Shown here piece after piece: positions 12,901 through 26,900 of a stretch of 64,000 bases of DNA. A program made the translations under genes and the position numbers. The stretch lies in NCBI GenBank assembly GCA_023213395.1, contig CM041465.1, forward strand, positions 194,191,741 through 194,255,740, read 5' to 3'. The stretch's first letter is position 1, and every line of letters starts with the position of its first letter. Under the pieces are notes generated by a model. That model was not told the DNA's origin. It saw only the letters and a list, made by a program, of their open reading frames with translations, and ran no database searches. This stretch comes from Cycas panzhihuaensis (Eukaryota > Plantae > Cycadophyta).

Positions 12901-15900
12901 CGTATATCAAAATCAGATACTGTCTATTGCGTTGGAAAGATGACTTCAAGACGGTTGTAATGAGTGGTCACACGACTACTTTGGACAATAAAAGATGGAG
13001 AAATTTTAGAGTAAAGTTCATGCAGAGGCTCCAAATCTCATTTTGAATAAATTCTATATCAATTTTTAGAAAAATTTTAGTTAATTCTAATGTTTTAAAG
13101 GAAATCACATATTACCCTATGATTTCCTTTATATATTTGATGTTTTATGTGTACATACTCATGAGTTCATATTATTACATCTTTATATTTAACATGGTAT
13201 TAGAGTCATACATGTATATTTTCAACATGGTATCGGAGTAATCTTATTACCCAAATTTTAATATCCATGTCATAGTTTAGGCTCTTTAATAGGTAAAAGG
13301 TAGTTAGAGCATTACCTTGTCATAGTTTAGGCTCTTTAATAAGCGAAAAGGGGCTTAGAGAATTACTCTATCAAAGTTTAGGCTCTTTAATAGGTGAAAA
13401 GGGGCTGAGAGTGTTACCCTGCCATAGTTTAGGCTCTTTAACAAGTGAAAAGGGGCTTGGAGTGATTTGGGGACCAATATAAAGATTAATATGAAGGAAG
13501 AACAAATATGAGATGATAAATCATGTCTCAAAAAAGCTCCATAAAAGGAAAATATTTTCGAGGAGGATAAATGAGCCTATCAAAGAGAACATGAATGATT
13601 TTACTATCACAAAGTAATTTCACATGATAATTGTAGTTAAAAAGAGATAGAATTCTCTTTGATAGACTTAATAGATGAAAGAAAAGAGTTTACCTTAAAA
13701 AAAAGAGAAAGCCCCCTCCCCCCCTTAGAAATATGGATAGGTACAGAAGAATGGGAGGAGGTAGATATTTAGATAGTAAAGAGATGACCATGCTTCACAC
13801 TGGTCTATCTCCTTTTTGTCCCATAAAGGGCAGGCCTTTTAGCTAAATTTCTATGATAAAAATAAATACAAAAGCACCTCAACAATCAACAAGAAGGAGA
13901 GAAAGATTTTAAATATAGAAAGTTACTAAAGAGTAGTGAAATCACAAGAGTTCTCAATAGGAAAGAGATTACCAATTGATAAAGAAATTTGAAGCTGAAA
14001 ACCTTGAAAGAAACTAGAATATTTAAAGAAGATCATCAATAAAAATGAACGTTAGTAAACATAGCAATTGAAGCTTCAAAATCTCCTTTGATTTCACCCT
14101 CTTTCTTGCAAATGGTAGTATTTTCAATAGTAGTAGTAAAATCTCTAAAGAAAGTTTCTAAAATCTCTCTCAAAAAACTCGCTAAATTTGATCTCTTTTT
14201 CTTTCAAAAAAAATCACTATGAGTCATAAATAGGATCTTCTATAATTCTAGGCACCAAAGGGGTAGATTTTCATCAAGTCTAGGTGACAATATGTGATAA
14301 TCTAGTGCGTTGGCTGAGTTTTGCATGCATAACAATAAAAAACATGATCAGTCATATTTTTGGTAAGCCAAAAATATGACTTTACACTAAAAATATTATT
14401 AGTCACGTTTTTGGTGGCACCAAAAACATGACAAGTTAGGAGGTCCAAATGGCTCATTAAGAAGATCAAAAAATGATTATTTATAATAAATGTCAGCACA
14501 AGTAACTTCATTAATGACAAAAATGACCCAAAAAGTGATGAAAACTATAAGCAGAAGCCCAAAAATTAATGAAAAATAAAACTTTAAGGGTGAAATCAAA
14601 GTAAAAACAACAAAATAAGAATGTTTCAAAGGAAAAAATGAATTAGAATAATTATAAAAGAAGGAATTTAGTGCTTTAGTTATCAGTCGTCGACAGGTGA
14701 TAGCATAATAATACATCCATCATCATTCATCATATATCATCAATTGAATCAATATAACATTTCATCAAAACATGGCCTAATACAATTAAAAAATAATTCA
14801 ATCAAACATCTTTACATATCAAGAATACAAGAGATTTAACAAAAGTAGCAAAGGTCAAAGGGAGTGCCAGATTTTCGTGAAACATTTATTCTCTTGGCAC
14901 CTAAAGCTCCTACTTTAAAAAAGAAAGTGGGGTGATGAAATCTAATAATATAAACGTAAAGGATTTTCTATTAAAAGTTAACAAAGTCAAGATGAGATAT
15001 GTGAATGACGAATTACTAAGTTACAAAGGTTCTACAATCTAAATTAAAATAAGCTTCCTACGATAATAAACTAAAAGAGTCTCTCTTAAATGCTTGCCCA
15101 AAAGGATTGGGTTCTCACTCACTAATCCATTGATTGATGCTAAATGCCCACAAATTGGATGGGGCTTCAATGCTAAATACCCATAAATTGGATGGGACTT
15201 CAATATATAATTGGTCATAGTTTATCTCTCTTTAACCATCTATCATATTTTTTGGGCTCATTAATAGGTGATTTTTCAAAGTAATTCATCATAGTTTAGA
15301 CTCATTAATAGGGTGAAGGATTTCAAAACTCGATTATTATAGTTTAACCTCATCAAAAATCATCTTTCAAAGGGTTCCCTTATTAAAACATAATGTTTAA
15401 TATATATGGTATACACATGTACTTCCCACCATTCACCTACTTCACAATATGTGAGACGCATACATATCGATGTTACCCCACTATTCGATGATGTAATAGC
15501 TTATTATATTAGATAGGTTACTCATGAGATGATTATCACTATATATATACACTCTAACTACTTGAAAATTTGAGAAAGTTTAAAGACTTGGAAATGTAAA
15601 CCTTATGATCATAAGTGGAGTATTAACTACACCTTCTCCCATGGTTTTTACCATACTAGGTTTTTCACATATAAATCTTGGTGTCTTGTGGTGATGATTA
15701 TATGTGATGATGTTTACTTTGCATTCATGTTGATGCTTCACGTTTACATACTCATTAGTCTATTATTATATGCATCTTCCTATTTTTAACATGGTATTAG
15801 AGCACCGTTATATCCAAGATGCTATGGTGAGGTAAAGATCCTGTTGTTCTAGATTTAAGCCTATCAAGCCTATGACATGAGTTATTTATGGGGTATTTTT

Positions 15901-18473
15901 TTATTGAGCTAGTTATATACATATGATAGTGACATGCATAACTATTTATAAGACAGATAAAGCCGTATACAGGACACATATAATCAATACTAGTGGTATG
16001 TTTATATGTTGATTTTATGTGGACATTTCATTTACGCATGTTGGGACCTATATTCATGAAGCATGTAGGTATTTATAGCAGTCCATATGCTATTATATTC
16101 AATCAATAAGTGAAGACTTTAGCGGGCATACATTAATGGATTTGCTATCACTCATGTACCATTCTAGAGGCTTTTATGAGCATTTTATAATGAGATTTGC
16201 TACCATAATGAGGACAACCCATTAGTACATCATGAAATAGGAAACAAGCCTATATAACATCCTATTGATAGGTATTTTAGTGAAAATATGAAAGGTACAT
16301 GGCACGTGACATGCAATGATTACAAGTGAATTACATATTTATGAGGGAAATTCTTTATTACATCATATGGATGATTTATATATGCATGGCATAGGTGGTT
16401 ATGAGACATGACTACTTGGGCTATGACTGAATACCAAACCCTAGATAATGATATATTTAATTTATATGAAACATATGTGATACACTTCATTGGATGATTC
16501 AATTATATAATGGCATATGTGATGATATGTTTAGTGGCATATGAGTAATATTATATAGGCATATTGCATGTTTGATATTATGACTAAACATGGAAATTAG
16601 CCATCCACCACACCCTTTTAGGATGCAAAATAGTGACAAGTAATATTGCTAAGAGTAACCATAGTTGTACAACAAAACCTAGCTACAACACATGAATGTT
16701 GTATGAATTTCATATATAAATGGAATGATTTTATACAGCATGGTTTTGATCTTGCAAAATGTTTAAAGGCATGGAAGTATGCCTAATTACAATAATCATG
16801 TAAATATATAAACCCTACAGGGATTATATGATGCTACTACTAGTTGGATGGCATCACTTATGAATGGAGATATCATCAACCTTGCCATCACAGATGCCAC
16901 CCAACATTTCCATATCACTTGCCATTGAGGATGTCTCTCCTTATGCCCTCTGCAGTCGAACTAGATGCTTACTCTTCATAGATCTTATGAAGAACCCTTA
17001 CCTTTTACTATGCCTAATGAAGAAGATGATAAATATCCTTGCATATATATCATTACCTAGCTAACTAGCCATCTACTAAACAAATGAGAAAATCAGAATG
17101 AAAGTCGTCAGTCAAACCCTTGAATCATGTAGGAATAAATCTGTAGAAATGTAGATGTATTGTGAATGTCTATTACTTAGAATAAGATCAAATATATAAT
17201 ACAAGTTGGATGCCTCTAATTCAATTTTGGATCCAATGTAGATTTAGAAATATGCCATCTACGTAGAAATGCCACTATTACAAAGATTGATTCTAACATG
17301 CAAATTGGAATTGTATAGAGAGGTGACAATAAATTTTATAGACGTAAATCATATTTTCAAACCATTAAAAAAATTACATATAGTTTAAACATTTTTAATT
17401 TGATTGGATAAATTTTTAGTTTCAGAGCATTGTTTTTACATCGGAAGGTCGTCACATGGCATGCTTATATGACCAAGGGCTAAGATATTAAAGGGACAGA
17501 TGCCAATTTTTTATAAATTGAATTGGATACTTTCTTATTTTTCAAAAATTATATTTAATATTTGATAAAATTTTAGTTTTGTAACTATTTTCTTACTTTT
17601 TCATGGTATATTAGCACATTTACACTGTAACTCATTACTCGTATATCAAAATCATATATTATCTATTGCGTTGGAAAGATGACTTCAAGATCATTGTAAT
17701 GAGTGGTCACACGACTACTTTGGACAATAAAAGACGGAGAAATTTTAGAGTAAAGTTGATTCAAAGGCTCCAAATCTCATTTTGAATAAATTCTATATTA
17801 ATTTTTAGAAAAATTTTAGTTAATTCCAATGTTTTAAAGGAAATCACATATTACCCTATGATTTCCTTTATATATTTGATGTTTTATGTGTACATACTCA
17901 CGAGTTCATATTATTACATCTTTATATTTAACATGGTATTAGAGTCATACATGTATATTTTCAACATGGTATCGGAGTAATCTTATTACCCAAATTTTAA
18001 CATCCATGTCATGGTTTAGGCTCTTTAATAGGTAAAAGGGAGTCAGAGCATTACCTTGTCATAGTTTAGGCTCTTTAATAAGTGAAAAGGGGCTCAGAGA
18101 ATTACTCTATCATAGTTTAGGCTCTTTAATAGGTGAAAAGGGGCTCAGAGTGTTACCCTGCCATAGTTTAGGCTCTTTAACAAGTGAAAAGGGGCTTGGA
18201 GTGATTTGGGGACCAATATAAAGATTAATATGAAGGAAGAATGAATATGAAATGATAAATCATGTCTCAAAAATGCTCCATAAAAGGAATATATTTTCGA
18301 GGAGGATAAATAAGCCTATCAAAGAGAACTTGTATGATTTTACTATCACAAAGTAATTTCACATGATAATTGTAGTTAAAAAGAGATAGAATTCACTTTG
18401 ATAGACTTAATAGATGAAAGAAAAGAGTTTACCTTAAAAAAAAAAGAGAAAGCCTCCTCCCCCCCTCCCCCCC

Positions 18474-19144
18474 TTAGAAATTTGGATACAGAAGAATGGG
18501 CGGAGGTAGATATTTAGATAGTGAAGAGATGACCATGCTTCACACTGGTCTATCTCCTTTTTGTCCCATAAAGGGTAGGGATTTCAGCTAAATTTCTATG
18601 ATAAAGGGGCTCAGAGAATTACTCTATCATAGTTAGTTAGAGCATTACCTTGTCATAGTTTAGGCTCTTTAATAAGTGAAAAGGGGCTCAGAGTGTTACC
18701 CTCTAAATTTCTATAAAAGGGAGTCAGAGCATTACCTTGTCATAGTTTAGGCTCTTTAATAAGTGAAAAGGGGCTCAGAGAATTACTCTATCATAGTTTA
18801 GGCTCTTTAATAGGTGAAAAGGGGCTCAGAGTGTTACCCTGCCATAGTTTAGGCTCTTTAACAAGTGAAAAGGGGCTTGGAGTGATTTGGGGACCAATAT
18901 AAAGATTAATATGAAGGAAGAACGAATATGAGATGATAAATCATGTCTCAAAAAAGCTACATAAAAGGAAAATATTTTTGAGGAGGATAAATGAGCCTAT
19001 GAAAGAGAACATGAATGATTTTACTATCACAAAGTAATTTCACATGATAATTATAGTTAAAAAGAGATAGAATTCACTTTCATAGACTTAATAGATGAAA
19101 GAAAAGAGTTTACCTTAAAAAAAATAGAAAGCCCCCTCCCCCCC
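18474..19144. repeat. Internally deleted macrosatellite unit (~670 bp instead of ~4750) with patchwork filler at ~18605-18715
   Basis: It begins like a unit (TTAGAAATTTGG...), jumps at ~18605 into the 50-bp repeats, and ends at the next C-tract. Confidence 0.85.
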
Positions 19145-22100
19145 TTAGAAATTTGGACAGGTACAGAAGAATGGGAGGAGGTAGATATTTAGATAGTGAA
19201 GAGATGACCATGCTTCACACTGGTCTATCTCCTTTTTGTCCCATAAAGGGCAGGCCTTTCAGATAAATTTCTATGATAAAAATAAATACAAAAGCACCTC
19301 AACAATCAACAAGAAGGAGAGAAAGATTTTAAATATAGAAAGATACTAAAGAGTAGTGAAATCACAAGAGTTCTCAATAGGAAAGAGATTACCAATTGAT
19401 AAAGAAATTTGAAGCTGAAAACCTTGAAAGAAACTAGAATATTTAAAGAAGATCATCAATAAAAATGAACATCAATAAACATAGCAATCAAAGCTTCAAA
19501 ACCTCCTTTGATTTTACCCTTTTTCTTGCAAATGGTAGTATTTTCAATAGTAGTAGTAAAATCTCTAAACAAAGTCTCCAAAATCTCTCTAAAACATCTC
19601 TCTAAATTTGATCTCTTTTTCTTTCAAAAAAAATCTCTATATGAGTCATAAATAGGATTTTCTATAATTCTAGGCACTAAACGGGTAGATTTGCATCAAG
19701 TCTAGGTGACAATATGTGAGAATCTAGTGCATTGGCTGAGTTTTGCATGCATAATAATAAAAAACATGACCAGTCATATTTTTGGTAAGCCAAAAATATG
19801 ACTTTACAATAAAAATGTTATTGGTCACGTTTTTGGTCACACCAAAAACATGACAAGTTAGGAGGTCAAAATGGCTCACTAAGAAGATTAAAAAATGATT
19901 ATTGATGATAAATGTCAGCACAAGTAACTTCATTAATGACAAAAATGACCCAAAAAGTTATGAAAACTATAAGTAGAAGCCCAAAAATTAATCAAAAATA
20001 AAAATTTAAGGGTGAAATCAAAGTAAAAACAACAAAATAAAAATGTTTCAAAGGAAAAAATGAATTAGAATAATTATAAAAGAAAGAATTTAGTGCTATA
20101 GTTACCAGCCATCGATAGGTGATAGCATAATAATACATCCATCATCATTCATCATATATCATCAATTAAATCAATATAACATTTCATCAAAACATGGCCT
20201 AATACAGTTCAAAAATAATTCAATCAAACATCTTTACATATCAAGAATACAAGAGATTTAACAAAAGTAACAAAGGTCAAAGGGAGGGCCAGGTTTTGGT
20301 GAAACATTTATCCTCTTAGCACCTAAAGCTCCTACTTTAAAAATAAAAGTGGGATGATAAAATCTAATAATATAAAGGTAAAGGATTTTCTATTAAAAGT
20401 CAACAAAGTCAAGATGAGATATGTGAATGACGAATTACTAAGTTACAAAGGTTCTACGATCTAAATTAAAATAAACTTCCTACGATAATAAACTAAAAGA
20501 ATCTCTCTTAAATGCTTACCCAAAAGGATTAGGTTCTCACTCACTAATCCATTGATTGATGCTAAATGCCCACAAATTAGATTGGACTTCAATGCTAAAT
20601 TCCCATAAATTGGATGGGACTTCAATATATAATTGGTCATAGTTTATCTCTCTTTAACCATCTATCATATTTTTTGGGCTCATTAATGGGTGATTTTTCA
20701 AAGTAATTCGTCATAGTTTAGACTCATCAATAGGGTAAAGGATTTCAAAACTCGATTATTATAGTTTAACCTCATCAAAAATCATCTTTCAAAGGTTTCC
20801 CTTATTAAAATATAATGTTTAATATATATGATGTACACATATACTTCCCACCATTCACCTACTTTGCGATATGTGAGACGCATACATATCGATGTTATCC
20901 CATTATTCGATGATGTAATAGCTTATTATAATTGATAGGTTACTCATGAGATGATTATCACTATATGTATATACTCTAACCACTTGAAAACGTGAGAAAG
21001 GTTAAAGACTTGGAAATGTAAGCCTTATGATCATAAGTGGAGTACTAACTATACCTTCTCCCATGGTTTTCTCCATACTAGGTTTTCCACATATAAATCT
21101 TGGTGTCTTGTGGTGATGATTATATTTGATGATGTTTACTTTGCATTCATGTTGATGCTTCATGTTTACATACTCATTAGTCTATTATTATATGCATCTT
21201 CCTATTTTTAACATGGTATTAGAGTAGCATTATATCCAAGATGCTATGGTGAGGTAAAGATCCTGTTGTTCTAGATTTAAGCCTATCAAGCCTATGACAT
21301 GAGTCATTTATGGGGTATTTTTTTATTGAGCTAGTTATATGCATATGATAGTGACATACATGACTATTTATAAGATAGATAAAGTAAGTCAAGCCATATA
21401 TAGGACACATATAGTCGATATTGGTGGTATGTTTATATGTGGATTTTATGTGGACATTCATGAAGCATGTAGCTATTTATAGCAGTCCATATGCTATTAT
21501 ATTCAATCCATAAGTGAAGGCTTTAACGAGCATCCATTAATGGATTTGATATCACTCATGGACCATTCTAAAGGCTTTTATGAGCATTTTATAATGAGAT
21601 TTGCTACCAGAATGAGGGCAACCCATTAGTACATCATGAAATAGGAAACAAGCCTATATAGCATCCTGTTGATAGGTATTTTAGTGAAAATATGAAAGGT
21701 ACATGGCATGTGATATATAATAATTACAAGTGAATTACATATTTATGAGGGAAATTCTTTATTACATCATATGGATGATTTATATATACATGGCATAGGT
21801 GGTTATGAGACATGACTACTTGGGTTATGACTAAATGCTAAACCCTAGATAATGATATATTTAATTTATATGAAACATATGTGTTACACTTCATTGGATG
21901 ATTCAATTATATAATGGCATATGTCATGATATGTTTAGTGGCATATGAGTAATATTATATGGGCATATTGTATGTTTGATATTATGACTAAACATGGAAA
22001 TTAGCCATCCACCACACCCTTCTAGGATACAAAATAGTGACAAGTAATGTTGCGAAGAGTAACCATAGTTGTATAACAAAACCTAGCTACAACACATGAA

Positions 22101-23951
22101 TGTTGTATGAATTTCATATATAAATAGAATGATTTTATAGAGCATGGTTTTGATCTTGCAAAACATTTAAAGGCATGGAAGTATACCTGATTACAATAAT
22201 CATGTAAACATATAAACCCTACAGGGATTATATGATGTTACTACTAGTTGGATGGCATCAGTTATGAATGGAGATATCATCAACCTTGCCATCACAGATG
22301 CCACCCAACATTTCCATATCACCTGCCATTGAGGATGTCTCTCCTTATACCCTATGCAGTCAAACTAGATGCTTACTCTTCATAGATCTTGTGAAGAACC
22401 CTTACCTTTTACTATGCCTAATGAAGAAGATGATAAATATCCTTGCATATATATCATTGCCTAGCTAACTAGCCATCTATTAAACAAATGAGAAAATCAG
22501 AATGAAAGTCGTCAGTCAAACCCTTAAATCATGCAAGAATAAATTTGTAGAAATGTAGATGTATTGTGAATGTCTATTACTTAGAATAAGATCAAATATA
22601 TAATGCAAGTTAGATGCCTCTAATTCAATTTTGGATCCAATGTAGATTTAGAAATATGCCATCCACGTAGAAATTCCACTATTACAAAGATTGATTCTAA
22701 CATGCAAATTGGAATTGTATAGAGAGGTGATAACAAATTATGTAGACGTAAACGATTTTTTCAAACCATTAAAAAAATTACACATAGTTTGAACATTTTT
22801 AATTTGATTAGATAATTTTTTAGTTTCAGAGCATTGTTTTTACATCGGTAGGTGGTCATATGGCGTGCTTATATGACCAGGGGCTAAGATATTAAAGGGA
22901 CAGATGCTAAAGTTTTTTAAATTGAATTGGATACTTTCTTATTTTTCAAAAATTATATTTAATGTTTGATAAAATTTTAGTTTTGTAACTATTTTCTTAA
23001 GGATTATGTACTTTTTCATGGTATATTAGGACATTTACACTGTAACTCATTACTCGTATATCAAAATCAGATACTGTCTATTGCATTGGAAAGCTGACTT
23101 CAAGACAGTTGTAATGTGTGGTTACACGACTACTTTGGACAATAAAAGATGGAGAAATTTTAGAGTAAAGTTGATGCAAAGGCTCTAAATTTTATTTTGA
23201 ATAAATTCTATATCAATTTTTAGAAAAATTTCAGTTAATTCCAATGTTTTAAAGGAAATCACATATTACCCTATGATTTCCTTTATATATTTGATGTTTT
23301 ATGTGTACATAGTCACGAGTTCATATTATTACATCTTTATATTTAACATGGTATTAGAGTCATACATGCATATTTTCAACATGGTATCGGAGTTATCTTA
23401 TTACCCAAATTTTAACATCCATGTCATAGTTTAGGCTCTTTAATAGGTAAAACAGAGTCAGAGCATTACCTTGTCATAGTTTAGGCTCTTTAATAAGTGA
23501 AAAGGGGCTTAGAGAATTACTCTATCATAGTTTAGGCTCTTTAATAGGTGAAAAGGGGCTCAAAGTGTTACCTTGCCATAGTTTAGGCTCTTTAACAAGT
23601 GAAAAGGGGCTTGGAGTGATTTGGGGACCAATATAAAGATTAATATGAAGGAAGAATGAATATCAAATGATAAATCATGTCTCAAAAAAGCTCCATAAAA
23701 GGAAAATATTTTTGAGGAAGATAAATGATCCTATCAAAGAGAACATGAATGATTTTACTATCACAAAGTAATTTCACATGATAATTATAGTTAAAAAGAG
23801 ATAGAATTCACTTTGATAGACTTAATAGATGAAAGAAAAGAGTTTACCTTAAAAAAGAGAGAAAGCTCCCTCCCCCTCTCCCCCCCCCCCCCCCCTCGTC
23901 CCTTCCTTTTTTATTAAGAAAAATGATGAAAAGGGAATTTCATTTTTATGG

Positions 23952-26900
23952 TATCAAAAAGGATTCTCTCTTGTATCTTTATTGATCATTTGCAAGTCTA
24001 TAAATATAATTCAAAGTATATGGTATAAATGGTAACTACTTAATGAGATTATTTCATTTGTCATTCTAAAGATGAAAGGGGACAATGATACATGACCCTT
24101 ACAAGATACTTTAGATATCTTAAATAAAATATTACCCTAAATAAAACATTACCTTTTAAACTCCCTCTTAATATTTTATCTATTTTAGTCCTAAATGATT
24201 TCTAAAGCTAACAAAATTTTCCCTCCTAAGAGGTTTATTAAGGATATTAGTAGTTTGATTTTTTGATGTATAATACAAGAGATCAACTTCTTTGTTATGT
24301 ACTTTTTTCCTGATAAAATAGTGATGCACTTCTATATGTTTGGTTCTTGCATGTAGCACTAGATTCTTGGTCATTTTGATTGTGCTTTGATTGTCATAGA
24401 ATACCTCAAGTATTGTTTGTTCTTGTTTAAGGTCCTTAAGGAGTTGTCTAATCCAAACTCCTTCACATGATACGTTGACTGTTGACTTGCACTCAGTTTC
24501 TGTTGAAGACAAAGCAATTATATGTTACTTTTCACTACTCTATGAGATTAAGGATGTTCCTAGAAGGAAACAATATCCTAACATTGATTTTGTATATGTT
24601 CTATCTCTAGCCCAGTCAAAATCACAAAAGCCTATTAGTTGCATATTGTTATCCTTTCTATCTTCTAACCCAAGATTCATAATTCTTTTTAGATACCACA
24701 AGATTTTTTTTGTAGTGTTCTAGTGAGGTATTTTAGGATTTTCCATAAACCTAAAAACTACACCAACTACATAGGAAATATTTGGTCATGTAGCTATGAG
24801 GTAAATTAAACTTTCGATTAGTTGTTTATATAAAGTTATATCAACTAGTTGTACTTCTTGTTCAATGTTTAACATATATCCAATTTCCATTGGAGTGGTA
24901 ACACTATTTCAACTTTCCATATTAAACTTGCTCAACAAGTTTTTGATATATTTTGATTATGATAGCATAATAAAGTCATTATTTTATCCTATTTTTATTT
25001 TGAGATAATAGTATAACATTATGAGATCTGTCATTTCAAATGTCTTTTCGAATTGCTTCTTGATGAATATGATCAAGTCTTTGTCATCTCCTGTGATTAA
25101 CATGTCATAAACATATACCACTATGATGGAAGTTAACCCTTGATTAAACTTCATATACAAACTATGATCCGACTCACACTTATAGAAGCCATTTTGAGTT
25201 AGATATATGTCCAACTTGGCATATAAGGCTCTAGGCACTTGTTTGAGTCCATATAATACCTTTTTGAGTTTACAGACCAAATTTTTTTATCCTGGCTTTA
25301 TATATCATTTAGACTAATATATATATATATTTCTTTTTATAGAATTCAAGAAGGCACTTTTAACATCCATATGATAAATCTTCTATCCCTTCTAAGCAAT
25401 AATTGTAATTATCGTTCTTATTGTGTTTAATTTGGCTACTGGTTAGAATGTTTCTTCATAGTCAATTTCAGTTGTTTGTGTGTATCCTTTTGCTACCAGT
25501 CTTGTTTTGTATTTCTTAATTTTACCATTTGGTTTTTCTTTAACTTTATATACCCACTTGTAGTTTACAATGAGTTTATCTTTAAGAGGTATTACTAGAA
25601 TCCATGTTTTATTTTTATAAATGGTTTTTATTTCTACATCCATTGTTGCTCTCCAAGCTTGAGAATTGCTTGTTTCTTTATAAGTATTTGGTTCAACAAA
25701 ATAAATTAGGACTTGTGGCTTCTGAGACCATGTTATGTGCTCAAACACTTCTCCCCTTATTTCTTCAAGTGTTTTGAGATACCACTTTGGTACCCTTTTA
25801 GAGATTTGATCCAGTGGTGATCTTGTTTCTTCACCTTCTAGATGGAAACATGAATCACTTGCTTGTTGAGTATTAAATAGATGAATACTAGAATCACTTA
25901 CTTATTGAGTATCAAATAATTTTTCATCTAAAATGTTGCTTTCTATTTTAATACTATCATAAGTGATATCTGATTTATCTTCTGGCTGAACTATTTCTGG
26001 GCTTTTATCACTAACGCTTATTTCTTTATGAACAACTTTGGTGAGTCTTTTCCTTTTATCAAATATTACATCTCTTCTTACATAAAGTTTATTTGTCTTT
26101 GGATCAAGACAATGGTATGCTTTTGATTAACTACTATATCTAACCATTATGCATTCTATGCTTTTGTTATCTAACTTGGTTTTTTTCTTATCAAGAATAT
26201 ATACATATACTTTGCAACTAAAAATCTTAAGATGACTTACATTTGACTTATGATCTATCCATACCTCTTCAGGTGTTACTTCGCCTAATGGTTGAGTTGG
26301 ACTTCTGTTAGTCAAATGCATAGCTGTGTTCACAACCTCTGCCCAATATTTCTTTGTGACTTCACAATTATTTAACATACATTGAGTCATTTTTATAATT
26401 ATTCTATTCATTCTCTCTGCTACCCTATTTAATTGAGGTGTATATGGAGTTGTGACTTGTCTGAAAATTTTGTGCATTTTATAAAAATGAAGAAATTCAT
26501 TCGATATAAATTCACCATCTCCATTTGAACAAATACATTTAATTTTCTTGCTACTTTCCAGTTCTGCTTCAGCTTTGTATTCTTTGAAATAATTGAATAC
26601 CTATGATTTGATAAACAAAAAATGCACCCATGTCTTTTTGGATAATCCATCAATGAAAGTTTAAAAATACCTTGCTCCATTCATTGAAATTGGTGTAAAT
26701 GGACCACATAAATCAGTATGAATTCGATCCAACTTATCTTGTGCATGCCATGTGCTTTTTGAAAATAGAATCTTGTGTTATTTCCCCATCATATAGCTTT
26801 TGCATACAAATAAATTAAATAAAATATGAAGTAGATGATTCACCATCTTTTCTTTTTTGTTTTTCTAATCTATCATGGGAGATATGACCATACTTCAAAT

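Larger units (their letters stand above)
1..23895. repeat. ~4.75-kb tandem macrosatellite: a left-truncated first unit, four further units and one internally deleted unit. It is derived from the 3'UTR-PPT-U3 end of the minus-strand Gypsy and continues beyond the left window edge
   Basis: The window-start sequence ATTTGCATCAAGTCTAGGTGAC recurs at 4759, 9518, 14267 and 19689. Paralogous shadow ORFs start at 36/4794/9553/14302/19724. Natural unit junctions are C-tracts ending at ~4216, 8974, 13724, 18473, 19144 and 23895. Confidence 0.97.

Noticed and set aside
18600-19280. Simple 670-bp tandem duplication within unit 4
   Set aside because: The extra segment carries A-type variants (short C-tract, GAGCCTATGAAAG) unlike the adjacent B unit, so it fits better as a deleted additional unit.
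36-22468. Repeated 60-80 aa ORFs (MSLMKLL.., MCPVYG.., MNHPMK.., MEISSTL..) as a tandem gene family
   Set aside because: They lie in LTR/UTR or decayed Copia DNA, have no domain, and open or close at random between units; they recur only because the DNA is repeated.
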